Under the pieces are notes generated by a model. That model was not told the origin of the DNA. It ran no database searches and saw nothing but the letters and a program-made list of their open reading frames with translations. Below are positions 1 through 9,818 of a stretch of 64,000 nucleotides of DNA, one piece after another. Numbering within the stretch: the stretch's first letter is position 1; each line of letters begins with the position of its first letter. Position numbers and translations under genes: made by a program. The stretch lies in the NCBI GenBank assembly GCA_963764165.1, contig CAVXRD010000001.1:768001-832000 (forward strand). The letters are read 5' to 3'. This DNA is from an uncultured Verrucomicrobiae bacterium (GTDB lineage: Bacteria > Verrucomicrobiota > Verrucomicrobiia > Limisphaerales > Palsa-1400).

Positions 1-482
1 TGCGCCGCGATGAGGGTGAATTTGAATTGCGGACTCACTTGAATATCGACCTCCGTAAATCCGCGGCTTACCGTCAAGCGACGCCCTTCCAGCAGAAAAT
101 TCTCGTTCGTGTGCGGGTGGCGGGCGGAAAACGGAAACCGGCTCAAGACCGCCAGATGGATGTTGGTGTCGTATCCAGTAATCTCATCCCAAAACGGCAA
201 GTCGAGGCCGTTGGTTTTCAGGTTCGCTTGCAAACTTAACAGAGCGTTGGTCGCGCCAATTTCCTCCAGCGCGATGACATCCGCCTTGAGCGCCACGATG
301 CATTGGCAAACCTTCGCCTGCGCTTCCGGGGATTTGACATGCCGGGTCCCGGAGGCCACATCGAGATAATTTTCCACATTGAAGGTTGCGAGACGAAAGA
401 CATTCGTTTCCGCACGCGCCGCAGCCACGGCCACGAAAACGAACAGCAAGAAAAGCCACAACCGAACTGGTCTCGGTTTCAT
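1..482 (-). CDS. Secreted endonuclease/exonuclease/phosphatase (EEP) family protein, 3' end runs off the window
   Basis: Not in the ORF track. Manual translation from ATG 482: MKPRPVRLWLFLLFVFVAVAAARAETNVFRLATFNVENYL...ADVIALEEIG...LAVLSRFP...FTLIAA. Signal peptide plus the ATFNVEN, DVIALEE and LSRFP EEP motifs. Confidence 0.85.
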   Translation of the reverse strand, partial: MKPRPVRLWLFLLFVFVAVAAARAETNVFRLATFNVENYLDVASGTRHVKSPEAQAKVCQCIVALKADVIALEEIGATNALLSLQANLKTNGLDLPFWDEITGYDTNIHLAVLSRFPFSARHPHTNENFLLEGRRLTVSRGFTEVDIQVSPQFKFTLIAA

Positions 483-496
483 GGGGGAGGACATTA

Positions 497-621
497 GCCA
501 CAGATTTACACAGATCAACACAGATAAATTCATGGGAGGAATGGGAAGTATGCGACGCATGCAAGGCGGGCACGAAGACGCCCTTCGGAAAAATCTGTGT
601 TGGTCTGTGTAAATCTGTGGC
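497..621. repeat. Inverted repeat of ~10-bp subrepeats (GxxExxY-flank type) with no gene inside
   Basis: gccacagatttacacagatcaacacagat ... atctgtgttggtctgtgtaaatctgtggc; inner atgggagga/atgggaagt subrepeats. Related copy at 49239-49312. Confidence 0.8.
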
Positions 622-697
622 CAATTCCGAGAATCTGCGGCCAATCTGCGATTTTGTTTTCTTTTCCGCCACAAACTCATTAATAGTGCCAGTGCCA

Positions 698-1372
698 ATG
701 AAGACATTCGCTGAATTGGGATTTCCCGGTCGGCTTATTGCGGTCGAAGGGCTGGACGGTTCCGGCAAATCGACCCAAATTTATCTGCTTAAACGCTGGC
801 TGGAATTGCAGGGGCTGAAGGTTTTTTTCAGCGAGTGGAACTCCTCCGCCCTTGTCAAAAGCGCCACCAGCAAGGGCAAAAAACGCGAACTCCTTTCACC
901 CACCACCTTCAGCCTGATCCACGCCACGGATTTTGCCGACCGCTACGAACGCCAGCTGGTTCCCCTGCTCCGCGCCGGCTACGTGGTGCTGTGCGACCGC
1001 TATATTTTCACGGCCTTCGCGCGCGACACCGTTCGCGGCTGCCCGCCGGAATGGGTGCGCGGCATTTACGCTTTCGCGGCGATGCCGGACCTGGTTTTCT
1101 TCTTCAAGGCGCCGCTGGAGACCTCGCTGCAGCGCATTCTGGACGCGCGGCCGCAATTGAAATATTTCGAGGCTGGCATGGATTTGCGCCTTTCCTCCGA
1201 TCCTTACGAGAGTTTCCGAATTTTCCAGGGACGCATTCTGGAACAGTATTTGGCGATGAGTTCGGAATTCAAATTTTTGGTCATCGACGGAGGCCAGCCG
1301 ATTGAAGCCCAGCAGAACATCGTCCGCGACCTTGTGGCCGCCAAGGTGGACTTGCGAAAATTTCTGCCGTAA
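698..1372 (+). CDS. Thymidylate-kinase-like P-loop kinase, copy 1
   Basis: LIAVEGLDGSGKSTQ P-loop and VLCDRY motif. ATG 698 preferred over the ORF-track start, which runs through a repeat. Confidence 0.85.
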   Translation: MKTFAELGFPGRLIAVEGLDGSGKSTQIYLLKRWLELQGLKVFFSEWNSSALVKSATSKGKKRELLSPTTFSLIHATDFADRYERQLVPLLRAGYVVLCDRYIFTAFARDTVRGCPPEWVRGIYAFAAMPDLVFFFKAPLETSLQRILDARPQLKYFEAGMDLRLSSDPYESFRIFQGRILEQYLAMSSEFKFLVIDGGQPIEAQQNIVRDLVAAKVDLRKFLP

Positions 1373-1388
1373 AGCGCCCATCGAAATC

Positions 1389-2168
1389 ATGAAAGCCGCC
1401 CGTTCGAGCAAGCCCAAACCTGATGCGCCAGCCGCCAGCAAACACAAGCCATTGCGCTCGAATATTATCGTCCCGAAGTGCAAGCCGCGCCGTTTTTATG
1501 GACAAGGCGTCCCTGGCGTCGATCTTTCCAAATTGGCCGGAAAATTAATTGTGGTGGAAGGCGCGGACGGCTCGGGCCGCTCGACGCAAATTGCTCGGCT
1601 TGTGCAATGGCTGGAGGCCAGCGGACACGCGACGGTGCAGGTGGGATTGAAACGCTCGACGCTGGTCAGCGAGGAACTCGACAACGCCCAGCAAGGCAAC
1701 ATCCTTAGCCACACCACCCTGAGCCTTTTCTACGCGACGGATTTTGCCGATCAATTGGAGAACATCATCCTGCCCGGTTTGCGCGCCGGATTGATGGTGC
1801 TGGCTGATCGTTACATTTACACGCTGATGGTGCGCGACATGGTGCGCGGAATGGACGAAGTGTGGTTGAAAAATCTTTACGGCATCGCGCTGACGCCGGA
1901 CGTGGTTTTTTATTTGAACGTGCAGCCGCAGGAGCTTATCGAGCGCAATTTCGCCAAGAACCAGTGCCTCGATTATTGGGAAAGCGGCATGGACCTGGGG
2001 CTCTCGCGCGACATGTTTGACTCGTTCCTGCAATACCAGGCGCTGGTCGCCGCCAAGTTCCGCGAAATCCAAAAAACCTACGGCTTTACCATCGTGGACG
2101 GCCACCAATCGCCGGATGAAATCAGCATGGAACTCAGGGATCGCATCCAAAGCGTGCTTGAAGATTAA
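1389..2168 (+). CDS. Thymidylate-kinase-like protein, copy 2 (Walker A K replaced by R)
   Basis: LIVVEGADGSGRSTQ, ATDFAD and VLADRY motifs; clear paralog of 698-1372. Confidence 0.85.
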   Translation: MKAARSSKPKPDAPAASKHKPLRSNIIVPKCKPRRFYGQGVPGVDLSKLAGKLIVVEGADGSGRSTQIARLVQWLEASGHATVQVGLKRSTLVSEELDNAQQGNILSHTTLSLFYATDFADQLENIILPGLRAGLMVLADRYIYTLMVRDMVRGMDEVWLKNLYGIALTPDVVFYLNVQPQELIERNFAKNQCLDYWESGMDLGLSRDMFDSFLQYQALVAAKFREIQKTYGFTIVDGHQSPDEISMELRDRIQSVLED

Positions 2169-2202
2169 TTCCGGACTGCCCATTTAAAACCAACGCATTC
2201 CT

Positions 2203-3186
2203 ATGGCTGAAGCCAGCGTCAAACCTGAATATTATATAGGCGTCGATCTCGGCGGCACAAAAATCCTCGCCGGAGTCTTCGACGAAAAACTCAATTGCCT
2301 TGGCCGCAGCAAAATGAGCACCAAGGCCGATCGCGGCCCAGACGAAGTCATTGACCGAATCGCCCGCTGCGCGCGCGACGTGGTTGACGAGTGCGATTTG
2401 GATTTCAAGCAAATCCGCGGCGTCGGCATCGGCGCGCCGGGAGCGATTGATCCAGAGACTGGCCGTGTTATTTTCGCACCCAATCTCCAGTGGACGGACG
2501 TGCCGCTGAAAAAATTGCTCGAAAAGGAAGTGGGTGTTCCGGTGTCCGTTGAAAACGATTGCAACGCCGCCACGCTGGGCGTTTTTGAAAAGGATTTGCT
2601 GGGCAAGCCGCGCTATTTGGTCGGAGTGTTTATCGGGACGGGCCTGGGCGGCGGCATTATTATTGACGGAAAGCTTTATCCCGGATTCGGCGGAACAGCG
2701 GGGGAAATCGGCCACATGGTCATCGAGGTGGGAGGCCCGAAATGCAATTGCGGCAATCGCGGCTGCTTCGAAGCGCTGGCCAGCCGCACCGCCATTTTCC
2801 GGTCCATCCACGCCGCGATCAAGGACGGCCAGAAAACGCTTTTGACGGACATGCTCGGGCCGGACTTGGCCGATTTGCGCAGCGGCGATCTGCGCAAAGC
2901 CATTCGCAAGGGCGACAAGCTCGTGGAAAAAATCGTGGAGAGCGCGGCGGAATACACCGGCATCGCCGTTGCCAATCTCATCAACATTCTCAACCCTCAA
3001 ACAGTCGTCCTCGGCGGCGGGGTCATCGACGCTCTTGGTGACGAAATGATGGCGATTATCGTCGAGACCGCGGAAGATTACATTTTAAGCGGAACCAATA
3101 AGGGTGTTGACATTGTCGCGAGCAAAGCTGGAGACGATGCCGGCATTATCGGTGGCGCAGTGCTGGCGCGCCGAGCGGTGAAATAG
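2203..3186 (+). CDS. ROK family sugar kinase (glucokinase-like)
   Basis: IGVDLGGTK, ENDCNAA, GTGLGGG, GEIGH and CNCGNRGCFE zinc motif; no N-terminal HTH. Confidence 0.92.
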   Translation: MAEASVKPEYYIGVDLGGTKILAGVFDEKLNCLGRSKMSTKADRGPDEVIDRIARCARDVVDECDLDFKQIRGVGIGAPGAIDPETGRVIFAPNLQWTDVPLKKLLEKEVGVPVSVENDCNAATLGVFEKDLLGKPRYLVGVFIGTGLGGGIIIDGKLYPGFGGTAGEIGHMVIEVGGPKCNCGNRGCFEALASRTAIFRSIHAAIKDGQKTLLTDMLGPDLADLRSGDLRKAIRKGDKLVEKIVESAAEYTGIAVANLINILNPQTVVLGGGVIDALGDEMMAIIVETAEDYILSGTNKGVDIVASKAGDDAGIIGGAVLARRAVK

Positions 3187-3231
3187 CGTCGTGTGTCGAA
3201 GGCAAATCAAATTTTAAGGGGCGCCTTTTCA

Positions 3232-3316
3232 AAGGTAGGGACGCCTCGCCGAGGCGTCCGGGGTGAGGTTTCAAATTTGCACGCAACCGGACGCCTCGGC
3301 GAGGCGTCCCTACCTT
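3232..3316. repeat. REP doublet family R1 (GGTAGGGACGCCTCGCCGAGGCGTCC), copy 1
   Basis: Two inverted GTAG-headed palindromes; related copies at 11413-11518 and 34046-34208. Confidence 0.9.
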
Positions 3317-3327
3317 AAAGATTCAGC

Positions 3328-4326
3328 GTGTCCAACATTTCCCAACATCGCTGCGCGGTTATTGATGTCGGAACCAATTCCGTCAAGTTGTTGGTGGGCG
3401 ATGTCGCCGCCGGCGTCGTCACGCCGGTTTTTGAGACAAGCAAACAAACACGGCTTGGTGCGGGCTTTTACGAAACGCGCCGCCTACAGGCAGGCGCAAT
3501 CGCCGCCACCGCAGCCGCTGTCGCGGAATTCTCGAAAGCCGCCCAGCAACTTAACTCCTCCCCTGCCCGCATCATCGCTACCAGCGCCGCTCGGGATGCC
3601 ATCAATGCGGAAGAGCTGGCGGAATCCATTCAGCATGCGAGTGGTTTGGAAATGGAGGTTATCTCGGGAGATCAGGAGGCGGATTGGGTTTTTCGGGGCG
3701 TTGCCACCAATCCAAACCTCGGGAATATGTCGGCGCTCGTTCTGGACATTGGCGGTGGAAGCACTGAATTTATCGTCGGCGAAAATGGGGTTTCGCAATT
3801 CAGGAAAAGCTACAGCCTCGGCACCGTCCGCTTGCTGGAGAGGCTCCGCCCAAGTGACCCTCCCGGCCTGAAAGCGCTCAACGATTGCCGGGCCGGCTTG
3901 CGCGAATTCTTGAAAGCGGAAGTTGAGTGGCAGGTGAAAGCAGCCTTAAACACGAGCCGCCCTGTCCGCCTCGTAGGGACCGGCGGCACAGCCACCTTGC
4001 TCGCGCGCATCGAGACGAAGATGACGGGCTTTGATCGCGAAAAAATCGAATCCACGCCATTGACTTTGGAAGGCATCCGCCGCGAATTGGAATCCGAATG
4101 GCAAATGACACAAGCCGAGCGCCAGAAAATCGTCGGCTTGCCCGCCAACCGAAGCGACGTCATCCTGACCGGCATTGCCATCTACGAATCCATCCTGGAG
4201 CTTTTTGGGTTTAGCGAATTGACAGTCAGCACACGCGGATTGCGGTATTGGGCTCTTCTGGAGCCCCCGAAAGACAAAAAAAGAGCGGACACCATTGCAG
4301 TGTCCGCTCCCCAACAACCAAACTAA
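3328..4326 (+). CDS. ppx: Ppx/GppA family exopolyphosphatase / pppGpp phosphohydrolase (short form)
   Basis: AVIDVGTNSVKL, ATSAARDAIN, LDIGGGSTE, GTGGT and GLR motifs; GTG start. Confidence 0.9.
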   Translation: MSNISQHRCAVIDVGTNSVKLLVGDVAAGVVTPVFETSKQTRLGAGFYETRRLQAGAIAATAAAVAEFSKAAQQLNSSPARIIATSAARDAINAEELAESIQHASGLEMEVISGDQEADWVFRGVATNPNLGNMSALVLDIGGGSTEFIVGENGVSQFRKSYSLGTVRLLERLRPSDPPGLKALNDCRAGLREFLKAEVEWQVKAALNTSRPVRLVGTGGTATLLARIETKMTGFDREKIESTPLTLEGIRRELESEWQMTQAERQKIVGLPANRSDVILTGIAIYESILELFGFSELTVSTRGLRYWALLEPPKDKKRADTIAVSAPQQPN

Positions 4327-4511
4327 CCAACCCTTGGCCTCAGACAGACCGCCTGGGAAAACCAAAAACCCATTCGGCCTCAGTGCTGAGGCTGTAATAT
4401 ATGACGCTTCATTTTTGAAATTGTTCAACAAAATATTTTTCTTTTTTTCCCCACCCATCACCCGCATGATTGGTTGACCGAATGTCCCCGGAGGCAGGCA
4501 GTTTAAACGTC

Positions 4512-5888
4512 ATGCGTATTACAAACCTCAACCCAGATTCCGATATCGGCGCCAGTGCCTGGCTGCTCGAATCGGAAATGGGCACCCTATTAATGGATGC
4601 TGGCATGCATCCCAAGCGCGAAGGCCGGGAAGCCTTGCCGCTTTATAAATTGCTGGATAACAAAGCTTTGGATGCCGTTGCCATCTCGCATTGCCACCAT
4701 GACCACCTTGGCTCTTTGCCGATTGCAGCGCGTTATGGACGCAAGGCGCATCTCATCATGACCGAGCTGAGCTATTGCCTTGCGGGCCGTGTGCTTCACA
4801 ACTCAGTCAACGTCATGGTGCGGCAACGGGATGAACGTGGCGTCCGGGATTATCCGCTTTTCAATCACGACCAGGTTGAAGAAATCGAAGAAATATTTCA
4901 GGGTTTCAAATATAATCGTGAAATCGATTGGGCCTCCTTTACCCGGACGCGGGCCGGACACCGGTCGCCAACTTTGGAATTTTTTGACGCTGGGCACACC
5001 CTTGGCTCGGCGGGAATTCTGGTCCGCTCCGGCTCGAGGACTGTTTTCTATACTGGCGATGTCTGCTTTCACGATCAAACGCTTCTGCAAGCCGCCCGAT
5101 TCAACAAAGTCCGCGCCGACGTGCTGATCATGGAAACAACCCGCGGCGGCGTGGCCAACGGTCCTGAATTTTCGCGGGAAAACGAAATCGCGCGGCTCAC
5201 CGCTTCCATCCAACGCGTCCTGGCGGCACGAGGGAGTGTGCTGATTCCGGCCTTCGCGCTTGGACGGACTCAGGAAATCCTGGCGGAATTGGCGCTGATG
5301 ATGCGCGCCGGAAAAATTCCGCGGCAGCCAATTTACATTGGCGGATTGGGCCGCGTGTTCACCGAAATTTATGACCTGAAATCGTATCTGGCCGACCGCC
5401 AATTGCCGAACCTCCAGCTCATGGAGGAATTGCAACTGGTCGTCCTGGAGCGCGATGAATTGAATTCCATCAAGCTCGGCGGCGGGCGGATTTTCGTGCT
5501 GACGGCGGGCATGCTGACCGAGGGCACTCCCGCCCATGACGTCGCGCGCCGCATGATTGAAGACGAGCGGCACGCGATTTTCTTCGTCGGCTACGCGGAT
5601 CCCGACACGCCGGGCGGGCGCTTGAAAGGTTCGAAGATGGGCGAGGAATTCCTGTTCAGCGCGGACGCGGGAAAACTGACGCGCAAATGCGAGATGCAGC
5701 AATTCGATTTGACAGCGCATGCCAACCGCGAAGCGCTGCTGGAATTCGCGGGGAATATGTCGCCCAAAGTCATCCTGCTCGGGCACGGCGAACTTCAGTC
5801 ACGCACATGGTTCGAGGAGCAACTGCGCGCGCGGTATCCGCACATCAAAGTTGTGCAGCCTGCGCCCGGGCTGACCGTCGAGGCGTAA
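4512..5888 (+). CDS. MBL-fold beta-CASP metallo-hydrolase (probable ribonuclease)
   Basis: SHCHHDHLG, AGHTLGSA, YTGD, PAFALGRTQE, TAHA and GHGE motifs. Confidence 0.88.
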   Translation: MRITNLNPDSDIGASAWLLESEMGTLLMDAGMHPKREGREALPLYKLLDNKALDAVAISHCHHDHLGSLPIAARYGRKAHLIMTELSYCLAGRVLHNSVNVMVRQRDERGVRDYPLFNHDQVEEIEEIFQGFKYNREIDWASFTRTRAGHRSPTLEFFDAGHTLGSAGILVRSGSRTVFYTGDVCFHDQTLLQAARFNKVRADVLIMETTRGGVANGPEFSRENEIARLTASIQRVLAARGSVLIPAFALGRTQEILAELALMMRAGKIPRQPIYIGGLGRVFTEIYDLKSYLADRQLPNLQLMEELQLVVLERDELNSIKLGGGRIFVLTAGMLTEGTPAHDVARRMIEDERHAIFFVGYADPDTPGGRLKGSKMGEEFLFSADAGKLTRKCEMQQFDLTAHANREALLEFAGNMSPKVILLGHGELQSRTWFEEQLRARYPHIKVVQPAPGLTVEA

Positions 5889-6830
5889 TCAAAATGGAAA
5901 CCCGGATTTCGGTTTGTCGCGCTTTTCCCGCTCGCGGTGCTTTTGTGAGACTTTCTGGAGCAAGTCGTGTTCTTCTTTCGTAAGGCTGTGAATGCCTTGC
6001 TCCGAGATCTTTTGGAGGATCGCATCCACCTCCCGGTTGAGTTCCACAGGTGACGCTGGGACAGCGGCCTTTTTCTTCCTGCCGAAATTGAAATTGAGAT
6101 TGAACCATCCGGCACGCTGCGGCCGCCAGGGAATCGGGCGTGATCTCCGCTTTGTGAAATCAAAACCTTCCAGCGGAACATACATCGCATCCCGGCTCAT
6201 GTACATGAACAGCAGGATGGTGCCGACTGAAATGCTGGCAAACCACCAAGGGCACATCCCAATGTGGTTGGGGTGGAGGGCGGCCGCCGTATAAAGCCCC
6301 ACCAATGCGCCGCCGAGGTGCGCATCGTGCCCAACGTTGTTGAGTTGACGATGCATCCCGATGAACGAGGCGAGCAAGTAGGCGATGGCGTAGATTGAGG
6401 CTGGGATGGGAATAGGAAAGAAGATGAACCCGAGGTTGCTCCCAGGGAACAGCAGCGTGTAAGCCAGCAGAACGCCCGACACTCCCCCCGAAGCCCCCAA
6501 TGCGCGGTAGTCGTGGAAACGATGGATGTACAAGCCAAGGAGGCTCCCCCCCACAATGGAGGCGGCATAGATCAAAAGCAGATTGCCCCAGCCAAATCCG
6601 AATTCGATCCACTTTCCGAACAAATACAATGTAACCATGTTTGCTGCCAGATGAAATGGGTCCAAGTGAAGGAAGGCAGAAGTGATAATGCGATACCACT
6701 CTTTCCATGCCAGAATCGCTTCGGGCCAGAAGAAGTATTTCTCGCGAAAGGCCGCTGACTGAAAACCGTAAAAAGAAACACCGCAGGTGATGATAATCAC
6801 CGCGATCGTGAAATAGGCGTCTCCAACCAT
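5889..6830 (-). CDS. Rhomboid intramembrane serine protease with C-terminal helical (DUF6576-like) domain
   Basis: WYRIITSAFLH, HLAANM, GASGG and AHLGG motifs; C-terminal VDAILQKISEQGIHSLTKEE. Confidence 0.9.
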   Translation of the reverse strand: MVGDAYFTIAVIIITCGVSFYGFQSAAFREKYFFWPEAILAWKEWYRIITSAFLHLDPFHLAANMVTLYLFGKWIEFGFGWGNLLLIYAASIVGGSLLGLYIHRFHDYRALGASGGVSGVLLAYTLLFPGSNLGFIFFPIPIPASIYAIAYLLASFIGMHRQLNNVGHDAHLGGALVGLYTAAALHPNHIGMCPWWFASISVGTILLFMYMSRDAMYVPLEGFDFTKRRSRPIPWRPQRAGWFNLNFNFGRKKKAAVPASPVELNREVDAILQKISEQGIHSLTKEEHDLLQKVSQKHREREKRDKPKSGFPF

Positions 6831-6908
6831 GTGCACAACGGTAGCAGTATGGGGAAGAGGCTCGCTCCTGTCGATAAAATGCTTTGGACAGAAATGGCAC
6901 GGGAGCAC

Positions 6909-7046
6909 GAGCGCGGCTGTGTTCGAAGGAGCGAAGCGACGAAGAATCAGCCGCAGCGCGTCGCGATTCACAGGCGCCGGTTATCTTTACAAAACCGCCG
7001 GTTTGAGTTCAGCCTGCTGCGACTGGTCTGCGACACAGTCGCGCTC
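6909..7046. repeat. REP-like inverted doublet
   Basis: gagcgcggctgtgt...cagccgcagc faces gctgcgactgg...acacagtcgcgctc as an imperfect long inverted repeat. Confidence 0.7.
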
Positions 7047-7086
7047 CGCCGAACGGCCCTCGGCAATCCCCCCTTTTAATCGCACT

Positions 7087-7827
7087 CTACGGAGCGAGCG
7101 CATTCGCTCCCGACTTTGGCTCCAAATTCAGGCGATAGCCGATTCTCGGCTCCGTCACCAATAACTCTGGCTGCGCGGAATTGGATTCAATTTTGTCCCG
7201 CAGATGCGTCACGTAAACGTGCAAATAATGAGTCTTGTCAACATGATTGGGACCCCATACGGCCTCGAGAATTTGCGGATGCGTCAGCACCCTGCCGCAA
7301 TTTTGCACGAAGAGCCGCAAGATCGCGTACTCTGTTCCTGTCAATTTCACAACACTGCCCCGCACTTTCACCTGGCGCGAAACCATGTCCACTTTCAGCG
7401 GACCGGCCTCAAACACGCTTGCGCCGGGCTGCGCGGCGGCATGGCGCCGGGCGACCGCGGCCCGCTCCATCAACTCGCCCGTGCTGAAGGGCTTTGTGAC
7501 GTAATCGTCCGCTCCAGCGCGGAAGGCCCGGATTTTGTCCTGCTCCGAATCCCTCACGGAAAGAACGATGACCGGAACGCTCGACCATTCGCGCAGCATC
7601 GCCAGCGCGCCGAACCCGTCGAGCCCGGGCAATCCTAGGTCAAGTATGACCACTTCAGGTTTTTCGCTGGCAATCGCCGCCAGCCCTTCCCTCGCGTCCT
7701 CCGCCTCGATGACCTGGTAGCCTCTGGCCACAAAGCTCAATCGCAGCAGCCGCCGCAGTTGCGGTTCATCGTCAATAATAACAATGATCGGCTTGCCCGG
7801 AGGCTCGATTGCGATATTTGCATTCAT
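7087..7827 (-). CDS. kdpE: KdpE-like OmpR/PhoB family response regulator
   Basis: IDDEPQLRRLL, LDLGLPGLDG, LREWSSVPVIVLS, GADDYVTKPF, RVLTHPQILEAVWGP and TEPRIGYR are KdpE-like signatures. Confidence 0.85.
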   Translation of the reverse strand: MNANIAIEPPGKPIIVIIDDEPQLRRLLRLSFVARGYQVIEAEDAREGLAAIASEKPEVVILDLGLPGLDGFGALAMLREWSSVPVIVLSVRDSEQDKIRAFRAGADDYVTKPFSTGELMERAAVARRHAAAQPGASVFEAGPLKVDMVSRQVKVRGSVVKLTGTEYAILRLFVQNCGRVLTHPQILEAVWGPNHVDKTHYLHVYVTHLRDKIESNSAQPELLVTEPRIGYRLNLEPKSGANALAP

Positions 7828-7917
7828 CGCGGTTGGAGGCTCACGTGAAAAAGGGCAGGCTCCGGGACACCCTCCGGAACCTGCCGCAAACCCCTGGCGC
7901 TCCTGCAAGCGCCAATC

Positions 7918-9510
7918 CTAGAAGTGATAAATAATGTCGAATTGCGCCGTGGCCTGGCTGCGGCGTGTGCCGTTGTCAAAGGGCTTCGCTTCGTCTGTTG
8001 GATCAATCGCGCTCCCGTGCGTTCCGTAGGAATGATCGAAACGAAGCTCAGGGCGGACGGTGATCAATTTTGACGGCCACCATGTGATTCCGATGGAATG
8101 CTCGGAATACAGCGTCGCGTAGCCGGTCCGCTGGCCGTTATTGTCATCGAACACTTCATTGCGGACTGTCAAGAAGACGCTGGGTCCGAGGCGGAACATG
8201 ACGTAATTGAGAGTCGCCCATTCGTCCGCGTAGCCGGGATGCACCGGATACTGCCCGTCGGTGTAACCCATGCCGCCCAATTGGCTGAGCGGCTCATCGG
8301 GCGCCGCCACAGGTACGGGATGCCCGAAACTTGAGCCGGGGCCGCCCGTTTGGCCGGGGGCATTTTCCTGGTACATGTACCAGGTTTCATGGGACACCCA
8401 GATTTTCTCGTTGAACTTGTAGCTGAGCGTGCCGACGTATTGCTGGATGTTGTTGAATCCCCACTGCGCGTTATTGAAGGAATTCGCGCCGCCGTAGAAA
8501 CTGAATTTATTATTGTCAGACTGGTATTGGATCATCACCGAACCGGTCGGCTGCGTGCCGGGATCCTGCGTTTCCCACGGCGTGACGTCGTTGCCGGCCG
8601 AAACGCCGCCCTGGATGATCCAGTTTTTGTTGAGCTTGAGCGTCGCAAACAATCCCCACTGCGTGTATGGATCAAATCCGTAAAGCAGCGAATGCGATGA
8701 CATCAAATTATTCGGGGCCAATTGCGCCTCAATGTCCGCCATGGAGATGATGCGCCCCAGCGTCAAATTCAACCCGTCCGCAATTTTTGGGATGTAGAGC
8801 GTGCCGTACATCATTGGATTATCCGTCCCGTAAAAGGCGTTGTGCTTGAGCAATTGGTCGCTGCCCCATCCGCGCGAAATCATGTAGCGATAGTCGAGTC
8901 CGTAAACCTGCGAAAGGCGAAATCCCCAATCGATGTGGTCGGTCTGGTTTTCGTCCGCGGTGCGCTCGGCGTAAAGAACAAATTGGTTCTGTTCCAGACG
9001 ATCGGAACGCTGGTCGTAAACTTCTGGAAAATTGTTGCCTTGCGAGGTGATTGGGTTGACGCCTTTCTTGTTCGAGGTGCTGACGTTCCCCGAGAAATCT
9101 TCCCAGCCGTAAAACTTGATTCGGTTGTCCGCCCAAAATTGGCCGTGCGGCCCGGCATACAGCGCTTCCATCAATGGGTAATCGGTGGTGATATTGGGGT
9201 CGCCAATGATTTCCGTGCCGCCGACCTGCCATTCCGGGTTTGGATAAGGGGGTGAATCAAACGGCGTCGCATTCCCTCGTCGGTTTGGTTGCGGAACCGC
9301 GTTCGTTCCACCCGCCGGAGCGGCATACGCCGACGCGCCAAGGTCGGCGCGATTCGCCTCGTCGAAACGGCGCCAGAAGCTCTCGTGCGCTTTGTTTGCG
9401 ACCGGCGTGCCACCAACGCTGTTCGTGGTTTCCTCGGCGCTCGGCGCGATGGCGCTTCCGAACCAACCCGCCGCAGCCAGCGCCAGCGTTATACAACGGA
9501 ACCGCATCAT
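7918..9510 (-). CDS. Outer-membrane beta-barrel protein (putative porin, BBP2/OmpL-like)
   Basis: Signal peptide, amphipathic beta strands, TVRPELRFD, C-terminal aromatic residue (DIIYHF). Start uncertain. Confidence 0.75.
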   Translation of the reverse strand: MMRFRCITLALAAAGWFGSAIAPSAEETTNSVGGTPVANKAHESFWRRFDEANRADLGASAYAAPAGGTNAVPQPNRRGNATPFDSPPYPNPEWQVGGTEIIGDPNITTDYPLMEALYAGPHGQFWADNRIKFYGWEDFSGNVSTSNKKGVNPITSQGNNFPEVYDQRSDRLEQNQFVLYAERTADENQTDHIDWGFRLSQVYGLDYRYMISRGWGSDQLLKHNAFYGTDNPMMYGTLYIPKIADGLNLTLGRIISMADIEAQLAPNNLMSSHSLLYGFDPYTQWGLFATLKLNKNWIIQGGVSAGNDVTPWETQDPGTQPTGSVMIQYQSDNNKFSFYGGANSFNNAQWGFNNIQQYVGTLSYKFNEKIWVSHETWYMYQENAPGQTGGPGSSFGHPVPVAAPDEPLSQLGGMGYTDGQYPVHPGYADEWATLNYVMFRLGPSVFLTVRNEVFDDNNGQRTGYATLYSEHSIGITWWPSKLITVRPELRFDHSYGTHGSAIDPTDEAKPFDNGTRRSQATAQFDIIYHF

Positions 9511-9614
9511 TCTATTTGACATCCTAAGCATATGAATCTGATTCTTGTGACAAATCACGATCCTACCGTAGAAGCAGAGGCCAGCGCAGGGTAATCAAAA
9601 CGCGAGTCAAGAAT

Positions 9615-9631
9615 CTTAAAAAAACGTTAAA
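9615..9631 (-). promoter_or_regulatory. KdpE-box-like operator upstream of the porin-kdpE unit
   Basis: Minus strand TTTAACGTTTTTTTAAG has the same TTTA-N3-T7-A layout as the E. coli kdpFABC KdpE site (TTTATACTTTTTTTACA), followed by TTGACT. Confidence 0.6.
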
Positions 9632-9818
9632 ATGGCACTGCTCGCCGCCTCGAATTCGGCGCATGCGGGTTACTCCCCACCCGAATCAGCGACCCGCGAA
9701 TCCGCTTCGCGCGGCCTTTTTTCATAGGTGGGCATGGTGTCTTCGGAGAGGTGTCTCCGCAAGTTGCCCTAGCTCCCAATCAGGTTGTGTCTTCGCCTGA
9801 GCAGACTAGGTTGCCCTC

